From Rhizomicrobium sp. (GTDB lineage: Bacteria > Pseudomonadota > Alphaproteobacteria > Micropepsales > Micropepsaceae), in contig DATIEM010000135.1 in assembly GCA_035455725.1 (NCBI GenBank), positions 1,764 to 65,763 on the forward strand: DNA of 64,000 nucleotides, written 5' to 3'. The notes under the pieces were generated by a model. It saw only the letters and a list, made by a program, of their open reading frames with translations. It was not told the DNA's origin and ran no database searches. Below are positions 17,797-26,994 of this stretch, piece after piece. The position numbers were made by a program, and so were the translations under genes. The number at the start of each line of letters is the position of its first letter. Within the stretch, counting starts at the first letter, position 1.

Positions 17797-19425
17797 TCAT
17801 GCCTTGGCAGGCTTCACACGAATTTTCGCCATCATGCCTCCGTCTTCGTGGTCGAGGATATGGCAATGGTAGAGGAAGTCACCTTCGACCGCGCCGCGGA
17901 AATCCATACGCACCTTGATCGACGGGTATTTTCCTTCGCCATTCCAGTAAGGGACCTGGAAGGTATCGTACCATTGCTGCTGTTCTTTCGGCACAGGCTT
18001 GCCATTGACCTCGAGCAGCTTGAAGTGGATCTGGTGAATATGAAATTCGTGCACCTCGAAGGTGCGGTTCTGGATAGTCCAGTCCTCGACAGCTCCTCGC
18101 CGGGTGATGATGGAGGGCGGCTCATTGGGTTCGAACAGGTGCGGCGTCTGTCCATCGACCACGATGTAGAAGTGTACCGGTTCGCCCGCCGGTTTTTTGG
18201 CGAGATGTGCCGGCACTTCGAGGAAGTAGAGTGTGCGGTTGGCAGTTACCTTCGCGTCCGAAATGTCTTCGAAGCGCTGCCTGTAAGGTGGCGTTGAGCG
18301 TTCCGGCACGCGCGGCAGTTTCACCGAAGCATCGGTGGCAATCAGCTGTGCCAGCGTTCGCGCCGGATTTGTGTCTGAGGCAGGACCTCCCTTAATCGCG
18401 CGAGTCACAAGATAGGCCTGGGCAACATGCCGCGTAGGCATTGCCAAAATGAATTCCACTCGACCGGCGGGTGGCAAAAGCACATGCTTCTGGGTCACGA
18501 TGGTGCCCTGCTGTTTTCCGTCCTGCGATCCGGTGGGAACACCGTCGAAGCCGACGATCTGGAGGGATTGTGGTTTCCCGTCGTAAATCACCTGCAGGTC
18601 GAGAATGGTGTTCGCTCCTGCGTTGGCCACGCGCCAGAACTCTGTGGTGCCGCGGGTGGTGCGAATGATCGCGGCCGGATATTCGGGAAAGGGGACGGGG
18701 ACATAATTGACGTTCACGTCCCAATTCGGCTGCGGCCCTTCGTCTGGAGCCCCGCCATTTAGCAGGGGCTGGTCGCGCAGCAGGAGTAGCCGTTGCGGAA
18801 GGCCAGCCACCGCGGGCTGAATGTTTTCGATTCCTTCAACAACGATCGCTCCTGTGGCGCCGCCCTGAACGGCCATCGAGGCGATGCCGTGCACGTGCGG
18901 ATGATACCAATACAATCCGGGCGGCTCGTCTTTCGGGATTTTCACGTGGTAGGTAAATGTTTGGCCCGAATTCACGATCGTCCGAATGGTCTCATCGCTG
19001 CCGCATTGGGGCGACGTATTCACCCCGTGAAAATGCATGTTGATGGATGACAGCAGCATTGTCGTGTCACCGCATCGGTTGCGCTTGTTGGCGATCACTT
19101 CGCCCGGTCCTGTGGTGATGGGGGGTAGCTTGTTGGTCAGGTGGATGACGATTGTGTCTCCCGGCCACACATGCAGTGTCGGTGACTCCAGACCATCATG
19201 TGTCTTGAAACAGAAGAGCGTTCGTCCGGCGTTATCCAGCGTCGTCCAGTATTCGAGATTCACCTCCAGCTTTCCAGCACTGCTGAACAAATCGGGTGGC
19301 GGAGCGACGTCCGCACCGGGGGTGGAGCGGGGGCAAACCGCATTGTCGGCCAGAGCCACTCCGGGGATCATCAGAGCGCACAAAAGAGCGCCGCCCAACA
19401 ATTTGATAATGCGAACCATTTTCAA
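17797..19425 (-). CDS. Multicopper oxidase (paralog 1)
   Basis: HFHG, WYHPH, HEFHIHQ, HCHILDHEDGGMM; signal peptide without twin arginine. Confidence 0.92.
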   Translation of the reverse strand: MKMVRIIKLLGGALLCALMIPGVALADNAVCPRSTPGADVAPPPDLFSSAGKLEVNLEYWTTLDNAGRTLFCFKTHDGLESPTLHVWPGDTIVIHLTNKLPPITTGPGEVIANKRNRCGDTTMLLSSINMHFHGVNTSPQCGSDETIRTIVNSGQTFTYHVKIPKDEPPGLYWYHPHVHGIASMAVQGGATGAIVVEGIENIQPAVAGLPQRLLLLRDQPLLNGGAPDEGPQPNWDVNVNYVPVPFPEYPAAIIRTTRGTTEFWRVANAGANTILDLQVIYDGKPQSLQIVGFDGVPTGSQDGKQQGTIVTQKHVLLPPAGRVEFILAMPTRHVAQAYLVTRAIKGGPASDTNPARTLAQLIATDASVKLPRVPERSTPPYRQRFEDISDAKVTANRTLYFLEVPAHLAKKPAGEPVHFYIVVDGQTPHLFEPNEPPSIITRRGAVEDWTIQNRTFEVHEFHIHQIHFKLLEVNGKPVPKEQQQWYDTFQVPYWNGEGKYPSIKVRMDFRGAVEGDFLYHCHILDHEDGGMMAKIRVKPAKA

Positions 19426-19558
19426 GCCCCTGCCGCAGATGCTTCCGCTCTGCGTTATTTTTGAATTGGAGGAAAGGCACGTATGCGCCTATGTGAATGT
19501 AGCACGGATGCCGGACGGCCGAAAGAACCCATTGCCCTGAAATTAGGCAGGCGGGACA

Positions 19559-20740
19559 ATGTCACCCCGCGGGACGTCCCCTGGAGGAGAAAACCTGACC
19601 TTTTTTGCGTATCTTCTGGTGATTGTTTCGTTAGCCGGGGCCCTGTTCACGGTTGCGTGTGCCTTCGTGGCCCGCGCTCAGCTGAAATTGTGGGGTGGCC
19701 CGGCGGGCGCCAATCCAAAATTGCCGCCAGTCACCATCCTTCGACCGCTGCACGGTGCTTCCCCCGGCCTGGAAGAGGCCCTGGCAAGCACTCTGGAGCA
19801 GGATTATTCGGCGCCGGTTCAGCTTGTTTGTGGGATCCAGAACGGCGCCGATCCGGCGCGGGGCGTGGTAGAGGCGCTCCGACAGCGTTTTCCCAACCGG
19901 GATATCGAGCTTGTTGTCGACCCGCGTCTCTACGGAGCCAATCGCAAGATTTCGAATCTGATCAATATGTTCCGGGCGGCGAGGTATGATTCTCTGGTAA
20001 TCGCCGACGCGGATATCGTCGCCGCGCCGAACTGGCTTTCTGCTACGATAGGCGCTCTTTCCCGGCCCAAGGCCGGCGTGGCGTCCTGCTTCTACATAGG
20101 TGAAGGGAGTGGGCCGTGGGGCCGCTTGCTCGCCATGGGCATCACCTACCAATTCCTGCCGGGTGCCGTCTTCGGCATGATCGTCGGCCTGGCACGGCCA
20201 TGCTTCGGAGCGACGATGGCGCTTACACGCCAGAAGCTGGCCGAGATCGGCGGATTTGAAGCGTTCCGCGACTCCCTTGCGGATGATTACGAGATCGGTC
20301 GCATTATCCGCAGCAAAGGCTATGAGATCGTCTACCCGGGCGTGCTGGTGCGCCACCTCTGTTCCGAGCGGAACTGGTCCGCTTTCTGGGTACAGGAATT
20401 GCGCTGGGCGCGCACAGTACGATCCGTCAACCCCGTCGGGCATCTTGGCAGCCTGCTTACCCACGCTTTGCCTCTTTCGCTGATCGCTGCGGCGTTGTTG
20501 AGTTTTTCCCCGCAAGCGCTTACCGGAGTGGGCGTCGTTTTGGCTGCCCGTCTTTTTCTCAAGACCGAGATGGACCATATGGTCGGCTCGAGCAGTGGTC
20601 CGATATGGCTCCTGCCGGTTCGCGATTTGTTGTCATTCGCGATTTTCATGGCCTCATTGGCTGGGGCTCCGACCGTGAACTGGCGGGGCGACCGCTTCCG
20701 GATCGGAAAAGACGGGGTCATGTCGCAGGTGAGTGGATGA
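19559..20740 (+). CDS. hpnI: Bacteriohopanetetrol glycosyltransferase (GT2)
   Basis: ILRPLHG, GANRKISNL, DADI, LADDYEIG, QELRWARTVR; ATGA overlap with hpnJ. Confidence 0.85.
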   Translation: MSPRGTSPGGENLTFFAYLLVIVSLAGALFTVACAFVARAQLKLWGGPAGANPKLPPVTILRPLHGASPGLEEALASTLEQDYSAPVQLVCGIQNGADPARGVVEALRQRFPNRDIELVVDPRLYGANRKISNLINMFRAARYDSLVIADADIVAAPNWLSATIGALSRPKAGVASCFYIGEGSGPWGRLLAMGITYQFLPGAVFGMIVGLARPCFGATMALTRQKLAEIGGFEAFRDSLADDYEIGRIIRSKGYEIVYPGVLVRHLCSERNWSAFWVQELRWARTVRSVNPVGHLGSLLTHALPLSLIAAALLSFSPQALTGVGVVLAARLFLKTEMDHMVGSSSGPIWLLPVRDLLSFAIFMASLAGAPTVNWRGDRFRIGKDGVMSQVSG

Positions 20741-22164
20741 TGCGCACACTGTTCCTTCAGGCACCTTCATTCGACGGCTTCGATGGTGGAGCGGGTTCGC
20801 GGTACCAGGCGAAGCGCGAGATCAAATCTTTCTGGTTTCCCACCTGGCTCGCCCAGCCGGCGGCGCTGGTTGAGAACTCCAAACTGATCGATGCCCCGCC
20901 GCACGGGATCGGGTTGGCAGAAGTGGTCGCGCAGGCGAAGGATTTCGACCACGTGGTGGTGCACACCTCGGTCCCGTCGTTCAAATCCGATGTGGCGATG
21001 ATCGCGGCGCTGAAGGAGGCCAACCCCAACCTGCTCGCAGGGTTCATCGGCGCGAAAGTCGCAGTCAACGCGGAAGGCTCTTTGCGGGAAGCGCCAGCGG
21101 TGGATTACGTCGCGCGGAACGAATTCGACTTCACCGTCAAGGACGTCGCCGATGAAATCGCACTCAAGGATGTTGCCGGCGTCTCATACCGCGATCGGCG
21201 CGGCGCCATTCAGCACAATCCCGATCGGCCCATGATCGAGAACATGGATGCCCTGCCGTTCGTGACGCCGGTGTACAAGCGCGATCTCGAAATCGAGAAC
21301 TATTTCATAGGTTACCTGAAGCACCCGTACATTTCGCTCTACACGGGTCGCGGCTGCAAGTCGCGCTGCACCTTCTGCCTGTGGCCGCAGACGGTGGGCG
21401 GGCATCGTTATCGCACCCGCAGCGTCGGCCACGTGATCGATGAAATCCGCTGGGCAAAGAGCGCCTTCCCGCAGGTGAAGGAATTCTTCTTCGACGACGA
21501 CACGTTTACGGACGATCTGCCGCGCGCCGAAGCCATCGCAAAAGAACTCGGTAAGCTCGGCGTCACGTGGTCGTGCAACGCCAAGGCAAATGTACCGCGC
21601 AAGACGCTCGAAGTGCTGAAGGAGAACGGGCTGCGGCTGTTGCTGGTCGGCTACGAATCCGGCAACCAGCAAATCCTCTTCAACATCAAGAAAGGCATGC
21701 GCATCGAGGTGGCGGAGCGCTTCACGAAGGATTGCCATGACCTTGGCGTCACCATTCACGGCACCTTCATTCTCGGCCTGCCGGGCGAAACGGCGGAAAC
21801 CATCCGGCAGACAGTGGAGTTCGCCAAGCGCATCAACCCGCACACTATCCAGGTATCGTTGGCCGCCCCCTATCCCGGCACCTTTCTCTACAATCAGGCA
21901 CTGCAGAACGGCTGGCTCGATGCTGCCAATGCCGAACTGGTAGACGAGCACGGCATCCAGATTGCGCCGCTGCACTACCCGCATCTGTCGCACAAACAGA
22001 TTTTCGATTCGCTCGAGACGTTCTATCGCGAGTTCTATTTCCGCCCGGGCAAGATCGCTTCAATCGTGGGCGAGATGGTACGCTCGACCGACATGATGAA
22101 GCGCCGTTTGCGCGAGGGCGTCGAGTTCTTCCACTTCCTGCGCGAGCGGCGGCACGCGGCCTAA
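20737..22164 (+). CDS. hpnJ: Hopanoid-associated radical SAM protein
   Basis: MMRTLFLQAPSFDGFDGGAGSRYQAKREIKSFW start; GRGCKSRCTFCLWPQT CxxxCxxC. Confidence 0.93.
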   Translation: MMRTLFLQAPSFDGFDGGAGSRYQAKREIKSFWFPTWLAQPAALVENSKLIDAPPHGIGLAEVVAQAKDFDHVVVHTSVPSFKSDVAMIAALKEANPNLLAGFIGAKVAVNAEGSLREAPAVDYVARNEFDFTVKDVADEIALKDVAGVSYRDRRGAIQHNPDRPMIENMDALPFVTPVYKRDLEIENYFIGYLKHPYISLYTGRGCKSRCTFCLWPQTVGGHRYRTRSVGHVIDEIRWAKSAFPQVKEFFFDDDTFTDDLPRAEAIAKELGKLGVTWSCNAKANVPRKTLEVLKENGLRLLLVGYESGNQQILFNIKKGMRIEVAERFTKDCHDLGVTIHGTFILGLPGETAETIRQTVEFAKRINPHTIQVSLAAPYPGTFLYNQALQNGWLDAANAELVDEHGIQIAPLHYPHLSHKQIFDSLETFYREFYFRPGKIASIVGEMVRSTDMMKRRLREGVEFFHFLRERRHAA

Positions 22165-22167
22165 ACC

Positions 22168-23097
22168 ATGACTCTGTTGTCGCTCACATTTCCGGACCTG
22201 CCGGATGAGATGGTGAGGCCGCCCTCCGGCGCTATTCGGATTGGCAGCGAGAATCACAAGAGGCTCTTCTGCCATACACTGCTTTCGACCTTCGATCCTT
22301 ACCGGCCGGCAATTATAGATTGGCCAGTCCTCGCTCCGGAAGCGCTTGCGCGTCTCACGTCGCTGCCGATCTGGGATATTGCCGTGCAAACGGAAGGCAG
22401 GGCCGCACTGCGCGTGCAGAGCTACGGCGACACCATCGCGGATCCGCTGCTGAACCAGGCTATCGCGCTGAATGCATTTGAAGAGCGCCGACACAAGCAT
22501 GTGCTCCACAGGATGGTGCAGGCATACGGAATCAAACTCGCACCGGAACCGGAATATGCAAGGCCGCGCGATCCCGAGTGGGCGTTCATGGTGACGGGAT
22601 ACAGCGAATGTATCGACAGCTTCTTCGCCTTCGGACTTTTCGAATTAGCCCGCCGCTCTGGCTTTTTCCCGAAAGAACTTGTCGATACTTTCGAACCGGT
22701 GATGCGCGAGGAGGGCCGCCACATTCTGTTCTTTGTGAACTGGGTGGCGTGGCGCCGGCGCAATCTGCCGCTGTGGCGCCGGCCCTTCTTTGTGCTGAAG
22801 ACGGCAGCCGTATGGCTTTTCCTTATTTGGGAGCGGATCGGGATCGCGAGAAATGTCGGGGAAGGATCGCAGGACAACAATTTCACCCTGAGTGGCGCAA
22901 CGGAACTTGGTCTTGATGTCTCTCTCGCCGAACTGATCGAGATCTGCCTCGCTCAGAACGATCTGCGGCTTGCGGCATACGATATCCGGCTGCTTCGGCC
23001 AAAATTTGTCCCTTGGGTCGCGCGATTTGCATATGGCTTCATGCGGCGAAACGAACGCAGCAACGGGCGATGCCCTGACCGGTTGGCAGCCCGCTGA
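22168..23097 (+). CDS. Ferritin-like diiron-carboxylate protein, function unknown
   Basis: E76, E106-x-x-H109, E147, E182-x-x-H185 ligand pattern; 3 bp after the hpnJ stop. Confidence 0.8.
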   Translation: MTLLSLTFPDLPDEMVRPPSGAIRIGSENHKRLFCHTLLSTFDPYRPAIIDWPVLAPEALARLTSLPIWDIAVQTEGRAALRVQSYGDTIADPLLNQAIALNAFEERRHKHVLHRMVQAYGIKLAPEPEYARPRDPEWAFMVTGYSECIDSFFAFGLFELARRSGFFPKELVDTFEPVMREEGRHILFFVNWVAWRRRNLPLWRRPFFVLKTAAVWLFLIWERIGIARNVGEGSQDNNFTLSGATELGLDVSLAELIEICLAQNDLRLAAYDIRLLRPKFVPWVARFAYGFMRRNERSNGRCPDRLAAR

Positions 23098-23136
23098 GGG
23101 CAACAAGGTGCGCTCGCGAGAACGGGAACCGACGCT

Positions 23137-24129
23137 ATGAGGGGGCGTGTCCTGATCACGGGCGCTTCCGGCTTTCTAGGCTCGGCGGTGTTGCGCAGGG
23201 TCTTGGAATACGGCTACTCGGCGCGCGTGCTTGTGCGGCCCAAGAGCTCGCGCGCCAACGTCGCAGGAATGGATTGCGAGACAATCGTCGGGGACGTTCG
23301 CGACAAAGCCGTCATGTCGGAGGCGCTGCGGGATGTGCGGTATCTTTTTCATGTGGCTGCAGATTACCGGCTGTGGGCGCGAGATCCCGACGAAATCATT
23401 CGCAATAATCGCGACGGCACGCGGCTGGTCATGCAGGCAGCGCGCGACACTGGCGTAGAGCGGGTGATCTATACCAGCTCTGTCGCCGCCCTTAAGCCGC
23501 GCTCGGACGGCAGCGATGCCGACGAGCGTGACCGCGCAACCATGCAAACAGCAGTGGGTGCCTACAAGAAAAGCAAAGTGGCGGCCGAACGCGTGGTGGA
23601 GGATATGATCGCCGCCGGCCTGCCTGCCGTGATCGTCAGCCCATCCACACCCATCGGTCCGCGCGACATTCGGCCCACGCCGACCGGCCGCATTATCGTG
23701 GAAGCTGCGAAAGGCCGTATGCCAGCTTATGTGGAAACGGGCCTTAATCTTGTGCATGTGAACGATGTGGCCGAAGGCCATCTGCTGGCGCTGACAAAGG
23801 GCCGCGTTGGCGAAAACTACATCCTTGGTGGGCACAATGTGATGCTTAGGGACCTGCTCGCCGAAATCGCGCGCTTGATCGGACGCAAGGCCCCGCGAGT
23901 GAGCTTGCCGCGTGGGCCGTTATATCCGATCGCGATTGGCGCTGAGGCTATTGCCCGCCTCACCCGCAAGGAGCCGATGTTGACCGTCGATGCTTTGAGG
24001 ATGTCAAAGCATAAGATGTTCTTCTCGTCCGCCAAAGCGAAGCAGGAGCTTGGCTACACCATGCAGCCCTGGCGCCTTGCGATTGCGGACGCGGTGAACT
24101 GGTTCAAGGTGTCCGGGTATCTGCAATGA
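23137..24129 (+). CDS. hpnA: Hopanoid-associated NAD-dependent epimerase/dehydratase
   Basis: LITGASGFLG, FHVAADYRLWA, YKKSK, PSTPIGPRDIRPTPTGRII. Confidence 0.9.
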   Translation: MRGRVLITGASGFLGSAVLRRVLEYGYSARVLVRPKSSRANVAGMDCETIVGDVRDKAVMSEALRDVRYLFHVAADYRLWARDPDEIIRNNRDGTRLVMQAARDTGVERVIYTSSVAALKPRSDGSDADERDRATMQTAVGAYKKSKVAAERVVEDMIAAGLPAVIVSPSTPIGPRDIRPTPTGRIIVEAAKGRMPAYVETGLNLVHVNDVAEGHLLALTKGRVGENYILGGHNVMLRDLLAEIARLIGRKAPRVSLPRGPLYPIAIGAEAIARLTRKEPMLTVDALRMSKHKMFFSSAKAKQELGYTMQPWRLAIADAVNWFKVSGYLQ

Positions 24130-25268
24130 GCACACTCATGGTTTGTGCATTGCTGTCATTGGCGATCTGGGTCTACCTGTTGCTTGGCCGCGACATGTTC
24201 TGGCGCGCGCGTGTGCGCGACGACGTGGATATACCCTTGGACCCCGCATCTTGGCCCTCGGTAACAGCGGTCGTTCCGGCCCGCAATGAGGCAGATGCGA
24301 TCGCTCGATCCCTCGGCACTTTGCTGGTGCAAAATTATCCCGGGGCATTTCGCATTGTTCTCGTCGACGACCAAAGCGAGGACGGAACGGGCGGCATTGC
24401 GCGCACGCTTGACGACACTGGCAGGCTGATCGTGATCTCCGGCATCCGGCGCCCTGCCGGTTGGACCGGCAAACTTTGGGCGATGTCGCAGGGCGTTGCC
24501 CATGCTGGCGAAAGCCATGCTCCCGATTATATCTGGTTCACCGACGCCGATATCGCGCACGCGCCGGACAATTTGAAACGCCTGGTTGGCCGTGCGGAGC
24601 AGCGAAATTTGGTGCTCACCTCATTGATGGCGAAGTTGTCCTGTGTAACGCCTGCGGAGCATTTCTTCATTCCGGCGTTCGTGTACTTTTTCCAGATGCT
24701 TTATCCGTTCGGCCGGGTGAACGATGCCCGAAGCACGACGGCCGCAGCCGCGGGAGGCTGCATGCTCGTGAGGCGGGAAGCGCTTGAGCGGGGGGGCGGG
24801 TTATCGGCAATCCGCAATGCGCTGATTGATGATTGTGCTTTGGGCAGGCTGCTGAAGACGCAGGGACCGATCTGGCTGGGGCTAACGGGACGGGTTCTTT
24901 CCATCCGGCCTTATGCCAACTGGAGCGCCATCCATCGCATGGTCGCGCGCTCGGCGTATGCGCAGCTAAACTATTCGCCTCTTCTTCTCGCCGGCACACT
25001 GGTGGGACTGTTTGTCACTTTTGTCGCGCCGGTTCTGCTTGTTCTGTTCGGCACAGGGCCGGTGCGGCTTGCTGGAGTAGCAGGGTGGTTCCTGATGGCC
25101 GCGAGCTTTCTTCCCATGCTGCGCTTTTATCATCGGTCGCCGTTCTGGGGTTTGGCGTTGCCAGCGATCGCGCTTGCATATTTCGCGTCCACACTGGAGT
25201 CCGCCATTCAGCACTGGCGCGGGCGCGGAGGGATGTGGAAAGGTCGCGCGCAGGCGATCCTGCAATGA
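24126..25268 (+). CDS. hpnB: Hopanoid-associated glycosyltransferase (GT2)
   Basis: VVPARNEA, GWTGKLWA, FTDADI, ALIDDCAL, GGMWKGR. Confidence 0.85.
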   Translation: MSTLMVCALLSLAIWVYLLLGRDMFWRARVRDDVDIPLDPASWPSVTAVVPARNEADAIARSLGTLLVQNYPGAFRIVLVDDQSEDGTGGIARTLDDTGRLIVISGIRRPAGWTGKLWAMSQGVAHAGESHAPDYIWFTDADIAHAPDNLKRLVGRAEQRNLVLTSLMAKLSCVTPAEHFFIPAFVYFFQMLYPFGRVNDARSTTAAAAGGCMLVRREALERGGGLSAIRNALIDDCALGRLLKTQGPIWLGLTGRVLSIRPYANWSAIHRMVARSAYAQLNYSPLLLAGTLVGLFVTFVAPVLLVLFGTGPVRLAGVAGWFLMAASFLPMLRFYHRSPFWGLALPAIALAYFASTLESAIQHWRGRGGMWKGRAQAILQ

Positions 25269-26140
25269 TCACCGCAGCGGAGTTGCAGTCGGGAAAGGGC
25301 CACCGGGACGAAAACTTTCCCGTTGCCTCCCTGATTCAGCGGCGCCACCGGCCTGTCATTCTCGCCTTCTATCGCTTCGCCCGCGCCGCCGACGATGTGG
25401 CCGATCATCCGACTGCCTCCTCCTCCGAGAAGCTTAACCTGCTGCAGGAAATGGATCGTACCTTGACTGGCGAACTCGACAGCGCGCCGGAGGCGCTTGC
25501 GCTACGCCGCGTCCTGGACGAGCGCCAGCTCGGCGCGCAGCACGGGCTGATGCTGCTGGAAGCCTTTCGCCGCGACGTGTCGAAGCTGCGCTACGCGAAC
25601 TGGGACGAGCTGATGGATTACTGCCGCTATTCCGCGATGCCGGTGGGCCGCTTCGTGCTCGATGTGCATGGCGAGAGCCGCGACACGTGGCCCGCCAACG
25701 ACGCACTCTGCGCCGCGCTGCAGGTGATCAACCATCTGCAGGACTGCGGCGAAGACTATAGGTTGCTCGGTCGGGTCTATCTGCCGGAGGATGCGCTGAC
25801 CGCCGCCGGTGTAACGGTGAAGGACCTGAGGGCGGATCGCGCCTCGCCCGGGCTGCGGCGCGTCATCTCCGATCTTGCGCGGCGCGCGAAGAAACTCCTC
25901 GACGAGTCGAATCCTTTCCCCAATCGAATACGCGACGGGCGACTCTCATTCGAAGTCACGGTTATCCAGCATCTGGCGGAAGACTTGGCGCGCAAACTGA
26001 TGCGCTGCGATCCGCTAAGTGAGCGGGTCCATCACCGCAAGTCCGATCTCGTGCCCCTGTTGCTGAAAGCCACGGTGCGTTTCATTCGTATGCGTGTCAT
26101 GGGTGGCAAAAACGCGTTCGCGCTAAGGCACTCATTATGA
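25265..26140 (+). CDS. hpnC: Hydroxysqualene synthase
   Basis: KGHRDENFPVAS, FARAADDVADH, YCRYSAMPVGR, QVINHLQDC; ATG 25265 overlaps the hpnB stop. Confidence 0.92.
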   Translation: MITAAELQSGKGHRDENFPVASLIQRRHRPVILAFYRFARAADDVADHPTASSSEKLNLLQEMDRTLTGELDSAPEALALRRVLDERQLGAQHGLMLLEAFRRDVSKLRYANWDELMDYCRYSAMPVGRFVLDVHGESRDTWPANDALCAALQVINHLQDCGEDYRLLGRVYLPEDALTAAGVTVKDLRADRASPGLRRVISDLARRAKKLLDESNPFPNRIRDGRLSFEVTVIQHLAEDLARKLMRCDPLSERVHHRKSDLVPLLLKATVRFIRMRVMGGKNAFALRHSL

Positions 26141-26994
26141 GCGCCGCTGGATCGCGCGAAACCGCGCCAGACGTCCGCGCCATCGAACACAAGGCGGAAG
26201 GCAGCTCTTTCTATACCGCCATGAAGCTGATGGCGAAGCCGGAGCGCGAGGCAATGTTCGCGATCTACGCCTTCTGCCGTGCGGTGGACGACATTGCGGA
26301 TGACGGCGTGGGCACGCGCGACGAACGCCACGCCGCGCTCGATGCCTGGCGAGCCGATCTGGGCTCATTATATGCTGGTGGCGATGCCGGCCGCGCGGTG
26401 TTCCTGGCCGATGCTGTACATCGCTATGGTTTGCGCAAGGACGACTTCCTCACCGTCATCGACGGTATGGATATGGACGTTGCGGAAGACATCCGCGCGC
26501 CGTCGCTGGAGACGCTGGACCTTTATTGCGAGCGGGTGGCGAGTGCGGTGGGCCGCCTCTCCGTCAAGGTGTTCGGCATGGAGGAGCGGCCGGGCTTCGA
26601 TCTCGCCCACCACCTCGGTCGTGCCCTGCAGATCACCAATATCCTGCGCGATCTGGATGAGGACGCGCGGATCGGCCGCCTCTATTTGCCGCGCGAATAT
26701 TGCGACGATGCGCGCCTGGCGGTGCGGGAGCCTAAGCGAACGATTGCCGATCCTGCTGTCGACACGGTCTGCCGCAAGGTGGCGCGGCTGGCGCATGGGC
26801 ATTTCGCGGCGGCGATGCGCATGCTGCACAGACGGCCCAAGGGGCAGCTGCGCGCGCCGAAACTGATGGCCGCGGTGTACTCTGAAATCCTCCGGGAAAT
26901 GGAGAAGCAGGGGTGGGCGCCCCCGCGTCATCGCGTGCGGCTGTCGAAGCCGCGACTGGCGGCCATTGTGCTGACGCACGGCCTGATCAGATGA
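26137..26994 (+). CDS. hpnD: Presqualene diphosphate synthase
   Basis: SSFYTAM, YAFCRAVDDIAD, YCERVASAVG, LQITNILRDLDEDA. Confidence 0.92.
   Translation: MSAAGSRETAPDVRAIEHKAEGSSFYTAMKLMAKPEREAMFAIYAFCRAVDDIADDGVGTRDERHAALDAWRADLGSLYAGGDAGRAVFLADAVHRYGLRKDDFLTVIDGMDMDVAEDIRAPSLETLDLYCERVASAVGRLSVKVFGMEERPGFDLAHHLGRALQITNILRDLDEDARIGRLYLPREYCDDARLAVREPKRTIADPAVDTVCRKVARLAHGHFAAAMRMLHRRPKGQLRAPKLMAAVYSEILREMEKQGWAPPRHRVRLSKPRLAAIVLTHGLIR

Noticed and set aside
24833-25264. Long N-terminal extension of hpnC (similar extensions on hpnJ, hpnE, hpnH, VOC)
   Set aside because: Lies inside the upstream gene in another frame; ATGA-coupled or RBS-supported internal starts match the family N-termini.
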